NCBI GenBank assembly: GCA_963765575.1
Contig: CAVXWZ010000011.1
Span: 64,001 to 128,000 of the forward strand
Direction: 5' to 3'
DNA length: 64,000 nucleotides
From: an uncultured cyanobacterium
GTDB taxonomy: Bacteria; Cyanobacteriota; Cyanobacteriia; PCC-6307; Cyanobiaceae
A program made the position numbers and the translations under genes. This document shows positions 31,761 to 43,871 of the stretch, piece after piece. The stretch's first letter is position 1; every line of letters starts with the position of its first letter. A model generated the notes under the pieces. It did not search any database and was not told the DNA's origin. It saw only the letters and a program-made list of their open reading frames with translations.

Positions 31761-34331
31761 ATGGCGGCCGTTGCTGCTTCTGCTCTCGCTCTGCCCCTGG
31801 TTGGTGGTCAGGCCCGAGCTGAGGCCGTGGAGGGCGGAGAAGCCGCTGCGCCGCTGCTGGCCACTGCGCAGCTGTTAGCCCAAGCCAGCACCACTCCGAG
31901 CCGCGGCCCCCTGCAGCTGCGCGTGCGCCGCCTGCCGGACGCGGTGGAACTGGTGATCGAAGGCACCGGTCCCGGCCCCCAGCTGCAGCAATCCACCTCC
32001 GGTTCAGGTTGGCAGGGTCGCCTGTTCACGGGTGCTCCTTCCGGGTTGAAGGTGGGTCCGCAGCGGATCTCCATGCCGGAGGTGGGTCTGCAGTCCATCG
32101 CCTTCGATGGCGCTGACAGCGCCTACACCCTGTCGGTCACGCCGGCGCCCGGCGTCAATCTGGGCCGGCCGGTGGTGAGTGCCGATGGCCGCGACCTGAT
32201 CCTCACCTTTGCCTCACCCGTGCCCCAGGCCAGGCTGCAGGTCAACCGCTTCAACATGGCCCAACCCGGTGCGGTGCCGCTGCCCACCTATGCCCCGCCG
32301 CTCCAGGCCCGGGCCACGGCCCCACCGTTGGGCGACATGGCCGTGGGCACGATGACCATGCGTGGTGCCGGTTCTCTCAATCTCTCCGGTCCACCGGTGA
32401 CGATGACCCTCAAGAATGCGCCCGCCAAGGATGCACTGATGGCTCTGGCCCAGCTGGGTGGCTATGGCTTTGCCTATGTGGATGACCATGCCAATGCTGC
32501 CCAGCAGAGCGCTGGCGCGGGACTCGCCGGTGTGCCAGGGGGCCCTGGCTTCCCCGGTGCCTCGCTCGGAGATCGGCCGATTTCCATCGCCTTTCGCAAT
32601 GAGAGCTATGCAACGGCCATCAACACCACCCTCCTCTCGGCTGGGCTTCAGGGCCGCCGCGAAGGCAATGTGATCTTTGCCGGTCCAAAGGCCATGGGCG
32701 CGGCTATCGGCCCCCAGGTGTCCAAGGTCTATCGGCTGAACCAGGTGAGCCCGGCCGACGCCGCGCGCTACCTCGCCAACCTGGGCGCCATCGTGGTGCG
32801 CACCAAGATTGAGCGCGAATCCACAACCCAGGGCATTGCCAATGCGGCGGTGGTGTTCGGCTCCACCGCATCGCAGACCACGGCCTCGACCGAAACGGTG
32901 AGTGTGGAGGAGTTCGGGGCCAGCCGCGGGCCGTTGCTGGGGTTACGGGCCACCACCGACAACCGCCTGGGCACGATCACCATGGTGGGCTCCCCGGACA
33001 TCGTGGGCATCGGCGAGCAGTATCTGAAGCAGCTTGATCTGCGGCAGCGGCAGGTGGCTCTGAATGTGAAAATTCTGGATGTCAATCTGGATAACGTATC
33101 GGAAGTCGACAATTCATTCGCCTTCCGTTTCGGCAATAATTTTATTGTCAATAACAGCGGCCAATTGCTGGGGGCATTCGGCAATAATCTGCCTCCCCAG
33201 GAGGATGCTTTTGGGCGCTTCCAGCCTGAATCGATTGAATTCGACGGTGAAGAGTTCACCACCGAAGGTGGCCCGCCAAACCAAGGGCTTACTGCCAGGG
33301 GGTTCACAAGGGGCATTCAGATTGATGTCAACCGAGGCCGCAACCTCAACCGCAACACGCTGCGGACCTTGGGCCGTCTGACTGGCTCGGAACTGCAGAC
33401 CACAGTGGATCCTGTGACCGGCAATGTGACATCGATCACCATCCCGACGGATTCCAATAGCCGCGGCCTGCAGAGGGAGATCAACAGGATTGTCGGCAGG
33501 GATGCCACGGTTTCTCGCTTTCGCTCAAATACCTCCGGCGGAATTGACCTACTCAGCACGCCCCGTAATCCTGGCAGCAATTTCGAAGAGAACACATTTT
33601 ACAATTTTGTCCGCGCTCAGATCGTCTCCGGTTCCACCAAGCTTCTGGCCAGTCCCACATTAATTCTGCAGGAGAATACCTCGCTGCTTCGCGATGCGTC
33701 ATCAGCGGCGTCGCCATTTGTGTCGGGTAATCAAGGGCTTGGTGAATTCAATATCGATTCCCCCATCGGCCGGGCCCGGGCCAATGAAGGTGTGGTTCGT
33801 GTCGGCACCAACGTTGTCACCAATTACGAAACCGAAAGCCCCGAGGGCGGCGGCAATGTCATCTGCACGCCCGTCCTCTCCACCGCTGGCCTGGTTCTCG
33901 GCGCCCGTGTGGAGAAGATTGACGACAATGGTTTTGTCACGTTCACCTTGTCGCCGAGCGTATCTGCCGTCACCGGTCAGGAGCCAGCTCCGCCGGCCTG
34001 CGGATCACCTCTCAACATTCTCAGCGTCCGCAGCCTCGATACGGGTGCTCTGCGCGTCCGCGAAGGCCAAACCCTGATCATGACCGGTGTGATCTCCGAA
34101 TTTGACCGGGAGCAAGTGAGCAAGTGGCCGATTCTCGGCGATATTCCGATCATTGGTCAGTTCTTCAGATTTTCAGGGCGTAGCCGTGAGAAACGCGAAC
34201 TCGTGATCATGGTCACACCGCGAATCGTTGATGATAGTGATGGTGGTCTTTATGGATATGGCTACCAGCCCGGCACCAGCCAGGGCCGAGACTTCTTCGG
34301 CTCTGCCCTGCAGACCGGCAATGGGTTCTAG
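31761..34331 (+). CDS. Secretin (PilQ/GspD family)
   Basis: LDLRQRQVALNVKILDV, KLLASPTL, KWPILGDIPIIGQFFR, RELVIMVTPRIV. Confidence 0.9.
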   Translation: MAAVAASALALPLVGGQARAEAVEGGEAAAPLLATAQLLAQASTTPSRGPLQLRVRRLPDAVELVIEGTGPGPQLQQSTSGSGWQGRLFTGAPSGLKVGPQRISMPEVGLQSIAFDGADSAYTLSVTPAPGVNLGRPVVSADGRDLILTFASPVPQARLQVNRFNMAQPGAVPLPTYAPPLQARATAPPLGDMAVGTMTMRGAGSLNLSGPPVTMTLKNAPAKDALMALAQLGGYGFAYVDDHANAAQQSAGAGLAGVPGGPGFPGASLGDRPISIAFRNESYATAINTTLLSAGLQGRREGNVIFAGPKAMGAAIGPQVSKVYRLNQVSPADAARYLANLGAIVVRTKIERESTTQGIANAAVVFGSTASQTTASTETVSVEEFGASRGPLLGLRATTDNRLGTITMVGSPDIVGIGEQYLKQLDLRQRQVALNVKILDVNLDNVSEVDNSFAFRFGNNFIVNNSGQLLGAFGNNLPPQEDAFGRFQPESIEFDGEEFTTEGGPPNQGLTARGFTRGIQIDVNRGRNLNRNTLRTLGRLTGSELQTTVDPVTGNVTSITIPTDSNSRGLQREINRIVGRDATVSRFRSNTSGGIDLLSTPRNPGSNFEENTFYNFVRAQIVSGSTKLLASPTLILQENTSLLRDASSAASPFVSGNQGLGEFNIDSPIGRARANEGVVRVGTNVVTNYETESPEGGGNVICTPVLSTAGLVLGARVEKIDDNGFVTFTLSPSVSAVTGQEPAPPACGSPLNILSVRSLDTGALRVREGQTLIMTGVISEFDREQVSKWPILGDIPIIGQFFRFSGRSREKRELVIMVTPRIVDDSDGGLYGYGYQPGTSQGRDFFGSALQTGNGF

Positions 34332-34410
34332 GCGAGCATGTCTTGCTGGTGCTTGCACCTCTTCGTGCTCACTCCCCTTCGGCCAGGTGTGGTTTTGCGC
34401 CGCTTGATCC

Positions 34411-35223
34411 TTGCTTGATTCGATGATCGAGGAGCCCGAAGATCAGGATCTCTCCACCGAGGCCCTTGAGCAGGAACTCCAACGCGTCAAGGCCGAGCTG
34501 GAGGAGTATCAGGGGCTGATCGAGGAGCTGCCGTCGATCTACGAGGGCAAGTTTCACCACCAGCTGCGGGATGTGGCCCAGGACATCCGCCGGTTGCTCG
34601 ATGAACGCCAGGCCCTCCAGCGCCAGATTGACCATGCCCTCGAGGGCGGCCCTGAGGCGATGGCCCTGCCCGAGGCCACGACGGCGATGGCTGAGGAGCG
34701 GCGTCCCGACACCCCCTTCCTCGACGCGGATGAGGCCGGCGAGGCGCCTGCGGCACGCAATGCTCAGCCCCGGCTGATCCTGCTCTCTGCGCTCACGATG
34801 CTGGCGGTGGCCGGGCTCGTTGGGGCCCTGGGGCTCTGGATCCGGTCGCGCGCCCCCCAGCTCGCCACTCCAGCGGAGGTTGAGGCGCCGGCACCGGAGC
34901 CGGCCGCCGAGGCCTCGGCGCCTGGCCCCGATGCCGAAACTCCGGCCGCCACACCCAGCCCTGGGAGCCTGCGCCTGCGGGCCCGGGGCGACTGCTGGGT
35001 GGAGGTGCAGACCCTCGATGGCCGGCGGCTGTTCATGGGCATGCTGATCGGCGACGAGGAACGCAGCCTGGCGCTGGGGGAGGGGCTGCGCCTGCTGGCG
35101 GGGCGCCCCGACCTGCTTGAGGTGGCGGCTGGCACGGATGACTTCCGCACCCTGGGCTCCATCGAGGCGGTGGAGTGGACCACCTTTGTGCCTCCTGCCG
35201 CTCCCGAGCGTCCGGCCAGCTGA
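34411..35223 (+). CDS. Coiled-coil/TM protein with RodZ-C-like (DUF4115) domain
   Basis: ELPSIYEGKF coil, TM helix, CWVEVQTLDG...LLAGRPDLLEV. Confidence 0.7.
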   Translation: MLDSMIEEPEDQDLSTEALEQELQRVKAELEEYQGLIEELPSIYEGKFHHQLRDVAQDIRRLLDERQALQRQIDHALEGGPEAMALPEATTAMAEERRPDTPFLDADEAGEAPAARNAQPRLILLSALTMLAVAGLVGALGLWIRSRAPQLATPAEVEAPAPEPAAEASAPGPDAETPAATPSPGSLRLRARGDCWVEVQTLDGRRLFMGMLIGDEERSLALGEGLRLLAGRPDLLEVAAGTDDFRTLGSIEAVEWTTFVPPAAPERPAS

Positions 35224-36296
35224 TGGCCGCCCCAGTTCTGGTCACCGGCGCCGCCGGCTTCATCGGTGCCGCCGTCTGTGAGCGCCTGCTGGGCCGAGGC
35301 GAGCGGGTGATCGGCCTCGACAACCTCAACGCCTACTACGAGCCCGCCCTCAAGCGGGCCCGGCTGGATCGGGTCGCCGCCACAGCCAAGGCCACGGTGG
35401 GCGCCCAGGGATCTCCCGGCTGGGACTTCCACGCCCTCGACATCACCGATGCCCCGGCCGTGATGGAGCTGTTCAGGCGGGAGCGGCCCGACCGGGTGAT
35501 CCATCTGGCGGCCCAGGCGGGCGTGCGCCACTCGATCGACAACCCCGGCGTGTACATCCAGAGCAATCTGGTGGGCTTCGGCACCATCCTCGAGGCCTGC
35601 CGCCACCACGCCGTGCGCCATCTGGTGTATGGCTCCAGCAGCTCGGTGTATGGCGGCAACACCAACCTGCCCTTCAGCGAGCGCCAGCCGGTGAACCATC
35701 CGGTGAGCCTCTATGCGGCTACCAAGAAGGCCAACGAATTGATGGCCCACAGCTACAGCCATCTCTATGGCCTGAGTGCCACGGGGCTGCGCTTCTTCAC
35801 CGTGTATGGCCCCTGGGGCCGCCCTGACATGGCGCCGATGCTGTTCGCCAGGGCGATCCTCGCCGGTGAACCGATCAAGGTGTTCAACCACGGACAGATG
35901 CGGCGCGACTTCACCTACATCGACGATGTGGTGGAGGGGGTGATCCGCTGCCTCGACAAGCCGGCGACGGCCGATCCCGGTTTCGATGCGTCTGCCCCCG
36001 ATCCGGCCACCAGCTGGGCGCCGCATCGGATCTTCAACATCGGCAACAGCCAGCCGGTGCAGCTGCTGGCCTTCATCGGCGCCCTGGAGCAGGCCCTGGG
36101 GAGGGAGGCGATCAAGACCTTCCTGCCCCTGCAGCCCGGCGACGTGGAGGCCACCGCCGCCGATACGGCGCTGCTGGAGGCGTGGGTGGGCTTCCGGCCA
36201 TGCACGCCGCTGCAGGAGGGTGTGGAGCACTTCGCGGCCTGGTACCAGCAGCACCGGGGACTGACAATCCTTCCGGAAGGTGCCGTGATGAATTGA
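35223..36296 (+). CDS. NAD-dependent epimerase (UDP-glucuronate 4-epimerase type)
   Basis: GAAGFIG, HLAAQAGVR, YAATKKANE, FFTVYGPWGRPDMA. Confidence 0.92.
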   Translation: MAAPVLVTGAAGFIGAAVCERLLGRGERVIGLDNLNAYYEPALKRARLDRVAATAKATVGAQGSPGWDFHALDITDAPAVMELFRRERPDRVIHLAAQAGVRHSIDNPGVYIQSNLVGFGTILEACRHHAVRHLVYGSSSSVYGGNTNLPFSERQPVNHPVSLYAATKKANELMAHSYSHLYGLSATGLRFFTVYGPWGRPDMAPMLFARAILAGEPIKVFNHGQMRRDFTYIDDVVEGVIRCLDKPATADPGFDASAPDPATSWAPHRIFNIGNSQPVQLLAFIGALEQALGREAIKTFLPLQPGDVEATAADTALLEAWVGFRPCTPLQEGVEHFAAWYQQHRGLTILPEGAVMN

Positions 36297-36364
36297 AGAC
36301 AACGCCCTCGCGCGGGCAATTCCCATGGGAAGCTATTTCGACTCCAGGAATCAACAGAAAATCA

Positions 36365-37828
36365 ATGGCGGCAGGGCGGAATATTCATTCAATTTGCTGT
36401 ATCGGTGCTGGTTACGTGGGTGGGCCCACCATGGCCGTGATTGCCGATCGCTGTCCGCATATCCAGGTCACCGTTGTTGATCTGAACGAGGCGCGGATTG
36501 CCGCCTGGAATGATGACGATCTGGGCAAATTGCCGGTGTATGAACCCGGTCTGGATGTGGTGGTGGGCCGGGCGCGGGGCCGCAACCTGCACTTCAGCAC
36601 CGCGGTGGATGCTGCCATCGCAGCCGCCGACATGGTGTTCCTGTCGGTGAACACGCCCACCAAGCTGCGCGGCGTGGGCGCTGGGCAGGCGAGCGATCTG
36701 CGCTGGATCGAGGCTTCGGCGCGGCAGGTGGCGGCGGCGGCCAGCGGCCACACGATCGTGGTGGAGAAGAGCACCCTGCCGGTGCGCACCGCCGAAGCGG
36801 TGAAGACGATCCTGGACGCTGCCGAGGACAACGCTGCCGCAGGCATCGCTGCAGCAGGCAATGCGGCGGGGGGGAAGACTTTCTCGGTGCTCTCCAATCC
36901 GGAGTTTCTGGCCGAGGGCACGGCCATCAAGGATCTGGAGGCGCCGGATCGGGTGCTGATCGGCGGCGAGGACGACGACGCGATCGAGGCCCTGGCCCAG
37001 GTGTATTCAGCCTGGGTGCCGCAGCAGCGCATTCTGCGCACCAATCTGTGGAGCAGCGAGCTGAGCAAGCTCACCGCCAACGCCTTCCTGGCCCAGCGGG
37101 TGTCGTCGATCAACGGCATCGCCGCGCTGTGCGAGGCCACCGGCGCCGATGTGCGCGAAGTGGCGCGGGCGATCGGCACCGACTCGCGCATCGGGCCGAA
37201 GTTTCTGCAGGCCGGGCCGGGCTTCGGCGGCAGTTGCTTCCAGAAGGACATCCTCAACCTCGTGTATCTCTGCCGCCACTACCGGCTGGAGGAGGTGGCC
37301 AGCTACTGGGAGTCGGTGGTGGGGCTGAACAGCTGGCAGCAGCACCGCATCGCCCGGCTGGTGGTGAACAGCCTGTTCGGCACGGTGAGCGGCAAGCGCC
37401 TGGCGGTGCTGGGTTTCGCCTTCAAGGCCGACACCAACGACACCCGCGAGGCGCCGGCGATCCGCATCTGCCGCGACCTGATCGAGGAGGGGGCCCAGCT
37501 GGCGATCGTGGACCCGAAGGTGGAGCAGAGCCAGATCAGCCGCGACCTGGGCTGTGGACCGCTCGACGCCGATCCCTCCGCCGCGTCCGCCTACCGGCTG
37601 TTGGCGGGTGACGGGGGCTGGTTCCCGGCCCTCAACCCGCACGAGGCCGCCCGCGGGGCCGATGCCGTGCTGATCCTCACCGAGTGGGAGCAGTACCACC
37701 GCCTCGACTGGAGTGGCATCGCCGCGGTGATGCGGCGGCCGTCGTGGCTGTTCGATGCCCGGGCGATCGCCGATGCGCCTGAGGCGCGGGCGGCGGGCCT
37801 GACTGTGTGGCGCGTGGGGGAGGGCTGA
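36365..37828 (+). CDS. ugd: UDP-glucose 6-dehydrogenase
   Basis: GAGYVGGPT, EKSTLPV, SNPEFLAEG, GFGGSCFQKD. Confidence 0.95.
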   Translation: MAAGRNIHSICCIGAGYVGGPTMAVIADRCPHIQVTVVDLNEARIAAWNDDDLGKLPVYEPGLDVVVGRARGRNLHFSTAVDAAIAAADMVFLSVNTPTKLRGVGAGQASDLRWIEASARQVAAAASGHTIVVEKSTLPVRTAEAVKTILDAAEDNAAAGIAAAGNAAGGKTFSVLSNPEFLAEGTAIKDLEAPDRVLIGGEDDDAIEALAQVYSAWVPQQRILRTNLWSSELSKLTANAFLAQRVSSINGIAALCEATGADVREVARAIGTDSRIGPKFLQAGPGFGGSCFQKDILNLVYLCRHYRLEEVASYWESVVGLNSWQQHRIARLVVNSLFGTVSGKRLAVLGFAFKADTNDTREAPAIRICRDLIEEGAQLAIVDPKVEQSQISRDLGCGPLDADPSAASAYRLLAGDGGWFPALNPHEAARGADAVLILTEWEQYHRLDWSGIAAVMRRPSWLFDARAIADAPEARAAGLTVWRVGEG

Positions 37829-37831
37829 GCC

Positions 37832-38778
<947 letters not shown>

Positions 38779-38782
<4 letters not shown>

Positions 38783-39816
38783 AGCTGCTGGTGACTGGTG
38801 GAGCCGGCTACATCGGCAGCCACACCGTGCGCGCCCTGCAGCGGGCCGGCCACAGCCCGATCGTGCTCGACAACCTCGTGTATGGCCATCGCCGCATCGT
38901 GGAGGAGGTGCTGAAGGTGCCTTTGGTGGAGGGCCAGCTCGGCGACCGGGAGCTGATCGATCAGCTGCTCAGCGGCGGCCATCCGGCCTGCGGCGGCGAG
39001 CGGGTGCAGGCGGTGCTGCATTTCGCCGCCTATGCCTACGTGGGCGAGTCGGTGCAGGATCCGGCCAGGTATTACCGCAACAACCTCGGGGATTCCCTGG
39101 TGCTGCTGGAGGCCCTGGTGGAGCCAGTGCGGGCCGGCAGCGGCCCGGCGATTCCGATCGTGTTCTCCTCCACCTGTGCCACCTACGGCATCCCGGAGAC
39201 GGTGCCGATCACCGAAGACACCCCCCAGCAGCCAATCAATCCCTACGGCCGCAGCAAGTGGATGGTGGAGCAGCTGCTGGCTGACTTCGGTGCCGCCTAC
39301 GGCCTGCCGAGCGTGATCTTCCGCTATTTCAATGCCGCCGGCGCCGATCCCGCCGGCGACCTGGGGGAGGATCACAGGCCGGAAACGCACCTGATCCCGC
39401 TGGTGCTGGAGGCGATGGCGGGCCGCCGGCCGGGAGTGCAGGTGTTCGGCGACGACTACCCCACTCCCGATGGCACCTGCATCCGCGACTACATCCACGT
39501 GAGCGATCTCGCCGATGCCCACGTGCTGGGGCTGCAGCAGCTGCTGGAGGGTGGCGGCCAGCACATTTACAACCTGGGCAACGGCACCGGCTACTCCGTG
39601 CAACAGGTGCTGGATGTGGCCCGCCAGGTGACGGGTCGCGGGCTGCTGGCCGATGTGGCCCCACGGCGCGCCGGCGATCCGCCCGCGCTGGTGGCCAGTG
39701 CCGGCAAAGCGCGGGCGGAGCTCCACTGGCGGCCGGCCTATCCAGACCTCGAGACGATCATTGCCCACGCCTGGGCCTGGCATCAGCGGGCCTCGGGCCC
39801 CACATCCGTTGGCTGA
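38779..39816 (+). CDS. galE: UDP-glucose 4-epimerase
   Basis: [42 protein letters not shown]. Confidence 0.95.
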
Positions 39817-40311
39817 ACGCTACCCAAAGCGGCCAAACCGGGGCCTACGGGCCCACCCCTTGCGCCATGGGTCTGCAACCCACCACAGCCACGGCCGGCC
39901 TGCGGCTGCGAGTGTCAACGGATGCCGCTGGCCCTGGCCTCCATCTGCTCTGAAGCAGCCGAAGCAGGCAGGAAGCGACGGGTCCCGTCACGGGGCCTGC
40001 CGCGCCGATGTTCTTGCCAATGGGCTTGGAGTTGAGCAAGGCGATGTGCTCCGCCCTGGGAATACAAGCCCTCACCCAGAGGCCCCATGCCTCAACCATC
40101 TCCAGCAGCCAGGCGGGAGGTGAGCTGTCGGTGCGGATGCAGTTCACCCCAAGCTCGCGCGCCTGGCGAAATCCCTGAGCACCTGTTGCGGCGGACGGCC
40201 CCCAGGCAGGAATGTTGATCTGTCGTTGACTCCGATTCCTGTTCTCGCTCTTTTCCTGTCTGCGCCGTCAGATGCCTGCAGGCAGACTCGTGCCCACCCG
40301 AGCTCTCCGGT

Positions 40312-41595
40312 TTGTCTTCGCTCCAGAGCCTGCGCGGCATGGTCGACCTGCTGCCCGACGCCACCGCGCTCTGGCAGCACGTGGAGGCCACGGCCCGCGA
40401 GCACTTCCGCCGCGCCGCCGTCGCCGAGATCCGCACGCCGCTGCTGGAGGTCACAGAGCTGTTTGCCCGCGGCATCGGTGTTGCCACCGACGTGGTGGGC
40501 AAGGAGATGTACACCTTCCTCGACCGCGGCGAGCGCAGCTGCACCCTGCGGCCCGAGGGCACGGCCTCGGTGGTGCGGGCCGCCATCCAGCACGGCCTGC
40601 TCAACCAGGGGCCCCAGCGGCTCTGGTACGGCGGCCCGATGTTTCGCTACGAGCGGCCCCAGGCCGGCCGCCAGCGCCAGTTCCACCAGATCGGCCTGGA
40701 GCTGCTGGGCGTCGCCGATCCCCGCAGCGACGTGGAGGCGATCGCCATCGCCTGGGACCTGCTCGCCGAGCTGGGCGTGGGCGGCCTGGCCCTGGAGCTC
40801 AACACCCTCGGCAGCCCCGACGACCGGGCCCGTTACCGAACCGAACTGGTGGCCTGGCTGGAGGCCCACCGCGAGCAGCTCGATCCCGACTCCCAGGCCC
40901 GCATCGCCACCAACCCCCTGCGGGTGCTCGACAGCAAGAATCCCGACACCCAGGCCCTGCTGGCCGGAGCCCCCACCCTCGCCGATGCCCTCAGCGGCGA
41001 GAGCCACGAGCGCTTCGCGCGGGTGCGGCAGGGGCTGGAGGCCCTCGCCATCCCCTTCCAGCTCAACCCGCGCCTGGTGCGTGGCCTCGACTACTACAGC
41101 CACACCGCTTTTGAGATCACCAGCAGCCAGCTCGGCGCCCAGGCCACCGTGTGCGGCGGTGGCCGCTACGACGGCCTCGTGCAGCAGCTGGGCGGACCGC
41201 CCACACCGGCGATCGGCTGGGCCCTGGGCATGGAGCGGTTGGTGCTGCTGCTCAGCCAGGCCGATCACCCCGTGGCGCCGGCCGCCGGCCCCGATCTCTA
41301 TGTGGTGAGCCGCGGTGAGGCGGCCGAGGCCCTGGCCCTGCCGCTGGCCCGCCGCTGCCGTGCCGCCGGTCTGGTGGTGGATCTCGATGCCAGCGCTGCC
41401 GCCTTCGCCAAGCAGCTGCGCCGCGCCGACCGCTGCGGCGCTCGCTTCGCCGCCGTGATCGGCGAGGCCGAGGCCGCCGCCGGGGAGGTGGTGCTCAAGG
41501 ACCTGCGCGGCGATGCCGCGGAGCAGCGTCTGGGCAGCGAAGCGCTGGTGCGTGCCCTGCGGGCGCGGCCGGTGAGCGGGGAGTCGATGGCATGA
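40312..41595 (+). CDS. hisS: Histidyl-tRNA synthetase
   Basis: [39 protein letters not shown]. Confidence 0.97.
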   Translation: MSSLQSLRGMVDLLPDATALWQHVEATAREHFRRAAVAEIRTPLLEVTELFARGIGVATDVVGKEMYTFLDRGERSCTLRPEGTASVVRAAIQHGLLNQGPQRLWYGGPMFRYERPQAGRQRQFHQIGLELLGVADPRSDVEAIAIAWDLLAELGVGGLALELNTLGSPDDRARYRTELVAWLEAHREQLDPDSQARIATNPLRVLDSKNPDTQALLAGAPTLADALSGESHERFARVRQGLEALAIPFQLNPRLVRGLDYYSHTAFEITSSQLGAQATVCGGGRYDGLVQQLGGPPTPAIGWALGMERLVLLLSQADHPVAPAAGPDLYVVSRGEAAEALALPLARRCRAAGLVVDLDASAAAFAKQLRRADRCGARFAAVIGEAEAAAGEVVLKDLRGDAAEQRLGSEALVRALRARPVSGESMA

Positions 41596-41680
41596 CGCCC
41601 GAGCACCTGTCCACTGATGCCGGCAGCGGTCCGGCTCCGGGCTGTTGACTGCTGGCACTCCGCCTGAGCAACCGGCCCGG

Positions 41681-42511
41681 ATGGGAGATCCCACCCTCGC
41701 CATCATCGCCGGTTCTGGAGGGCTGCCCCGCATGCTCTCCCGCGCCCTGGAGGCTTCCGGTCGCCCCCACCTCTGCTGCCACCCCCATGGCCTGGAGGTG
41801 GAGCTGGAGGAAGCCGAGGAGTTTTATTTCGAGCGTTCGATCTCCTTCTTCCGCTCGCTGGAGCAGCGCGGCATCCGCCAGGTGGTGATGGTGGGCAAGT
41901 TCCACCGTCCCCGGGCCCTCAACATCCTGCGCTTCGAGGGATCCACGCTGATGGCGGCGCCCCGGATCCTGGCTTCGCTGCGCAAGGGCGACGATGCGTC
42001 GCTGCGTTCCCTGGCCGAGATCGTCGAGGAGCTCGGCCTGGAGGTGGTGGGGGTGGAAGACGTGGCGCCCAAGCTGCTGCCCGAACCAGGGCTCTATGCC
42101 AGCCGCCTGCCCAGTGAGGCCGACCGGGCCGATGTGGAGCGCGCCGCCCACATCGTCGAGGCGATCTCGATGGTGGATGTGGGCCAGGGCGCCGTGGTGG
42201 CGGGGGGGTTGTGTCTGGCCACCGAAGCCCTCCCTGGCACGGACGCCATGCTCGAGTGGGTGGCCAGCAACCGGGCCCTGCCGCCGGAGGCCCCCCGTTC
42301 CGGCGTGCTCTACAAAGCCCCCAAACTCCAGCAGGATCGGCGCATGGATCTGCCGGCCATCGGCCCCACCACGGTGGCGAAGGCGGCGGCGGCCGGACTC
42401 TCCGGCATCGCCTGGGAGGCCCGCGGCGCCCTGCTGCTCGATGCCGAGCGCACCATGGCCGATGCCGAGCGCCTGGGGCTGTTCCTCTGGGCGCGGCAGC
42501 AGATCCGCTGA
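41681..42511 (+). CDS. lpxI: LpxI-family UDP-2,3-diacylglucosamine diphosphatase
   Basis: LAIIAGSGGLP, GDDASLR, DVGQGAVV, EALPGTDAML, KAPKLQQDRRMDLPAIGPTT. Confidence 0.85.
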   Translation: MGDPTLAIIAGSGGLPRMLSRALEASGRPHLCCHPHGLEVELEEAEEFYFERSISFFRSLEQRGIRQVVMVGKFHRPRALNILRFEGSTLMAAPRILASLRKGDDASLRSLAEIVEELGLEVVGVEDVAPKLLPEPGLYASRLPSEADRADVERAAHIVEAISMVDVGQGAVVAGGLCLATEALPGTDAMLEWVASNRALPPEAPRSGVLYKAPKLQQDRRMDLPAIGPTTVAKAAAAGLSGIAWEARGALLLDAERTMADAERLGLFLWARQQIR

Positions 42512-42531
42512 GGACATTTCTGGCTGTTGGC

Positions 42532-43167
42532 TCAGGCGCCGGCCCGCTCCAGCACCCCCTTGCTGCTGGGAATGGCGCCGGCGCGGCGCGGATCGCGTTC
42601 GGTGGCCAGCCGCAGGGCGCGGGCGAAGGCCTTGAAGCAGGCCTCCACGATGTGGTGGGAGTTGGCGCCGTCGAGCTGGCGGATGTGCAGGGTGAGGCCG
42701 GCGTTGTTCACCACCGCCACGAAGAATTCCTTCACCAGCTCGGTGTCGTAGCTGCCGATCCTCTGGGCGGGAATCTGCAGGCCGTAGCTGAGGTGGGGCC
42801 GGCCGGAGCAGTCGAGGGCCACCTGCACCAGGGCCTCGTCGAGGGGGGCCACGAAGTGGCCGAAGCGGTGGATGCCGCGGCGGTCGCCGAGGGCCTGGGC
42901 GAGGGCCTGGCCCACGGCGATGCCCACGTCTTCGTTGGTGTGGTGGTCGTCGATGTGGGTGTCGCCCTCGGCGCTGATCTCCAGGTCGAGCAGGCCGTGG
43001 CTGGCGAGCTGGTGGAGCATGTGGTCGAGGAAGGGCACGCCCGTGCCCGCGTGACAGCGGCCCGTGCCGTCGAGGCTGAGCTTCACGCGCACATCGGTTT
43101 CGCCGGTGACGCGGTGGATGCTGCCGTGGCGATCGCCGCTGCTGCCGGGGGTCAGGGGGGCGGACAC
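42532..43167 (-). CDS. hisB: Imidazoleglycerol-phosphate dehydratase
   Basis: [36 protein letters not shown]. Confidence 0.96.
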   Translation of the reverse strand: MSAPLTPGSSGDRHGSIHRVTGETDVRVKLSLDGTGRCHAGTGVPFLDHMLHQLASHGLLDLEISAEGDTHIDDHHTNEDVGIAVGQALAQALGDRRGIHRFGHFVAPLDEALVQVALDCSGRPHLSYGLQIPAQRIGSYDTELVKEFFVAVVNNAGLTLHIRQLDGANSHHIVEACFKAFARALRLATERDPRRAGAIPSSKGVLERAGA

Positions 43168-43250
43168 GGGTGAGAGGCGAGAACTGTGCCAATCATGCCG
43201 AAAGCATCGGCCCCGCCAGAGCACAATCAGCTGCCTCTGTCCATCCCCGC

Positions 43251-43871
43251 GTGACCAACTGCCCGGAAACGGTGCTGGCCGAGCTGCGGGATGGCCACAA
43301 CCGCTTCCTGCGCGGCGAGTCGCTCCATCCCCACAGCAGCCGCGAACGCATGCTGGAGGTGGAAACGGGCCAGCACCCCATCGCGGCCGTGCTGGGCTGC
43401 GCCGATTCCCGCGTGCCCGTGGAGCTGCTGTTTGACACGGGCTTCGGGGATCTGTTCGTGGTGCGCAACGCCGGCACCGTCTCCACCACGGCGGCCATCG
43501 CCTCCCTGGAATACGCCGTGGCCCATCTGGGCGTGCCCGTGATCGTGGTGCTGGGCCACGCCTGCTGCGGTGCCGTTGAGGCGGCCCTCAACCCGGCCCT
43601 GACCCTCACCCCCAACCTGGCCCAGCTGGTGGGGCAGTTGCGCATGGAGCTGTTCAGCCTGGGGGGCAAGGACGACCTGGAGCAGGCCTCCCGCCACCAC
43701 ACCCTGAACGCGGCCCGCAACCTGGTGGACTCCAGCGTGCTGCTCACCGACCTGCTGCGCAGCGGCCGCCTGCAGGTGGTGGCCGGTTTCTACAACCTGC
43801 ACACCACCGCGATCGACTGGATGGGATCGGTGATGCCGATGCGCACCGAGGACCTGCTCACATCCCCGTGA
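43251..43871 (+). CDS. Beta-class carbonic anhydrase
   Basis: [27 protein letters not shown] zinc ligands. Confidence 0.92.
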   Translation: MTNCPETVLAELRDGHNRFLRGESLHPHSSRERMLEVETGQHPIAAVLGCADSRVPVELLFDTGFGDLFVVRNAGTVSTTAAIASLEYAVAHLGVPVIVVLGHACCGAVEAALNPALTLTPNLAQLVGQLRMELFSLGGKDDLEQASRHHTLNAARNLVDSSVLLTDLLRSGRLQVVAGFYNLHTTAIDWMGSVMPMRTEDLLTSP

